Of a DNA stretch of 64,000 nt, positions 62,341 to 64,000 are shown in pieces. The notes beneath the pieces are model-generated. The model worked only from the letters and a program-made list of their open reading frames with translations. It was not told the DNA's origin and did not search any database. Every line of letters begins with the position of its first letter. The stretch's first letter is position 1. The position numbers and the translations under genes were made by a program. Source of the DNA: Octopus vulgaris. Taxonomy: Eukaryota. The stretch is from NCBI GenBank assembly GCA_951406725.2, contig OX597814.1:202678001-202742000 (forward strand), in the 5' to 3' direction.

Positions 62341-64000
62341 GAGTATACTTGGTAGCATATCATGGTTGCTATGTGAAATGTAGTGTGCCTACCAGCAATT
62401 AATCTTAAATTATAACGATGGTGTGAGTGTGTGCAGGTTTCTTTCAATTCCTATTGACTAGATTCATTAACAAGTAAAAAGGTGTTACAAAAACTTTAAG
62501 ACCAGTATCATATGTATAACTGCAAAATGTAAGCAAAGGGAAATAACTGTAGTGGACCAGTGACGTGAATTTAGATAAGTCAGGTAGGCATTGATGCACT
62601 GACTGATATTGGTGAAAAAAATTCTATATGAACTGGAATTTGCCTCTCAGGCGGACGAAAAACAGAAAGCAACGAAACTGGTTGGAATTGTTTGCAATTA
62701 ACAAAGAAAAAGGAGATAATTTGAAGAAATTATCAAAAATTTATTTGTTTGAAAATGGAATTTTCTGCTTAAGGGAAAAATCTGATTTTAGTTAGGAAGC
62801 AAAATGGAAGCTGTTGATAGCATCCAGATTAGAATGGCTTAAGAATTAAAAAAAAAAAAAATTACTGAAGAATCCAAAAGTTTGTATGGACAAATCTGTT
62901 GTTGTTGTTGTTGTTAATTATTGTCGCTTTGGTTTCATTGTTTGCTTAATAGGAAGAACTAACTTTGTAGTTGTTAGTGAGAGAATGTGAATATGTAATC
63001 AAAATTGGTTATTGATTATATTTCATCGAAACATGCTTTGCGATATTTTCTATAGATTACTTTGTCATGAGCACAGGTATATTGGTAATTTTGACAGGAT
63101 GTGGCTACCATTGTCTGCTATAAAATAGTGTTTATATTTACGTATATATATATATATATATATTCATGTATGTATTTTTGTATTAATAGTTTATGGGATG
63201 TAAATGGGGGAAAAGGAAACTTGTTTATGCAAAATTGGAAAACAACAAAGAAAACTGTTGTGTTGATTGCACGGCTTTTAAGATTTTATTTGTAATTCAC
63301 CACTTTCATATGTTAGTCCATTTTTACTTGTAAATTTTATTTAACATAATATTTAGTCCATTAAAGTTGTCGGTTAACAATCTAAAATAATAGACTAACC
63401 CTGACACAGCAAAAACCAATTTATTATTCTATTTGCCTGACTAATTTTATTTATGGTTGAAAAACTGCAGCCATAAAAAAAAAGGTTCCATCGTCTGATA
63501 ACAGATGTAAAATCTCTGAATTAGCTAAATGATCCTTGCTAAAAGAGAACAAAGAAAATGCTTTTATTAAAGTCAAATTGTTTGTGCATTTAAATATTTG
63601 TAAATAGTAAAAGTAATTATGAGCCAGAATATTGAAAATCTGCATTTCTAATGCATTATCTGAAAAGAGAATTACTGCTGTTGTTTTTATTACCGGCTAA
63701 AGAATTTATTTTAGAAGTAAAATCTGGAATCCAAGGGAACAATTAAATATTACAGTTGTACACAAAGTTTTTCTGTATATTTTTATCATCATCACCGTCA
63801 TTGTTTAACATCCATTGTCCATGCTGGTTTGGATTAGAATTCAGCAAAAACCAACAAAACCCAAGCTCCAATATCTGCTTTCTACAGTTGAATACCCTTC
63901 CTAATACCAACCACTCCACAGTGTATTGGGTGCTTTTTTATAGCACTGTCAATAGTGAGTTCACCAAATAACTCACAAAACAAGACTCCCTAACATGAAT

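Overview
AT-rich, repeat-dominated eukaryotic DNA, most likely from an octopus or related coleoid cephalopod (inferred from repeat content). It is probably intergenic or intronic, and I could not confirm any host gene; there is one weak candidate exon at ~48 kb on the minus strand. The real coding content comes from retrotransposons and transposons. There are two young 5'-truncated LINEs with uninterrupted frames: an RTE-clade element at ~25.1-27.0 kb with a C4HC3 PHD-like finger inside its RT, capped by a 326-bp spacerless palindrome, and a CR1-group element at ~34.2-37.1 kb embedded in TA/TATG microsatellite. The window also holds R4/Dong, RTE, CR1, APE, Tc1 and mariner remnants, several tRNA-derived SINE families, non-autonomous Helitrons, hAT-type and piggyBac-type MITEs, and a probable solo LTR. 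The most notable signal is a set of short non-coding Penelope-like elements, many of them fold-back (inverted-arm) units with 12-14 bp target duplications. They carry minimal type-I hammerhead-ribozyme folds with unusual cores: a G3-C8 swap of the catalytic C3-G8 pair, an A6U variant, and ~100-nt extended stem II forms. SINE tails can also be matched to both LINEs in the window. All alignments were done by eye, and ribozyme activity is untested.
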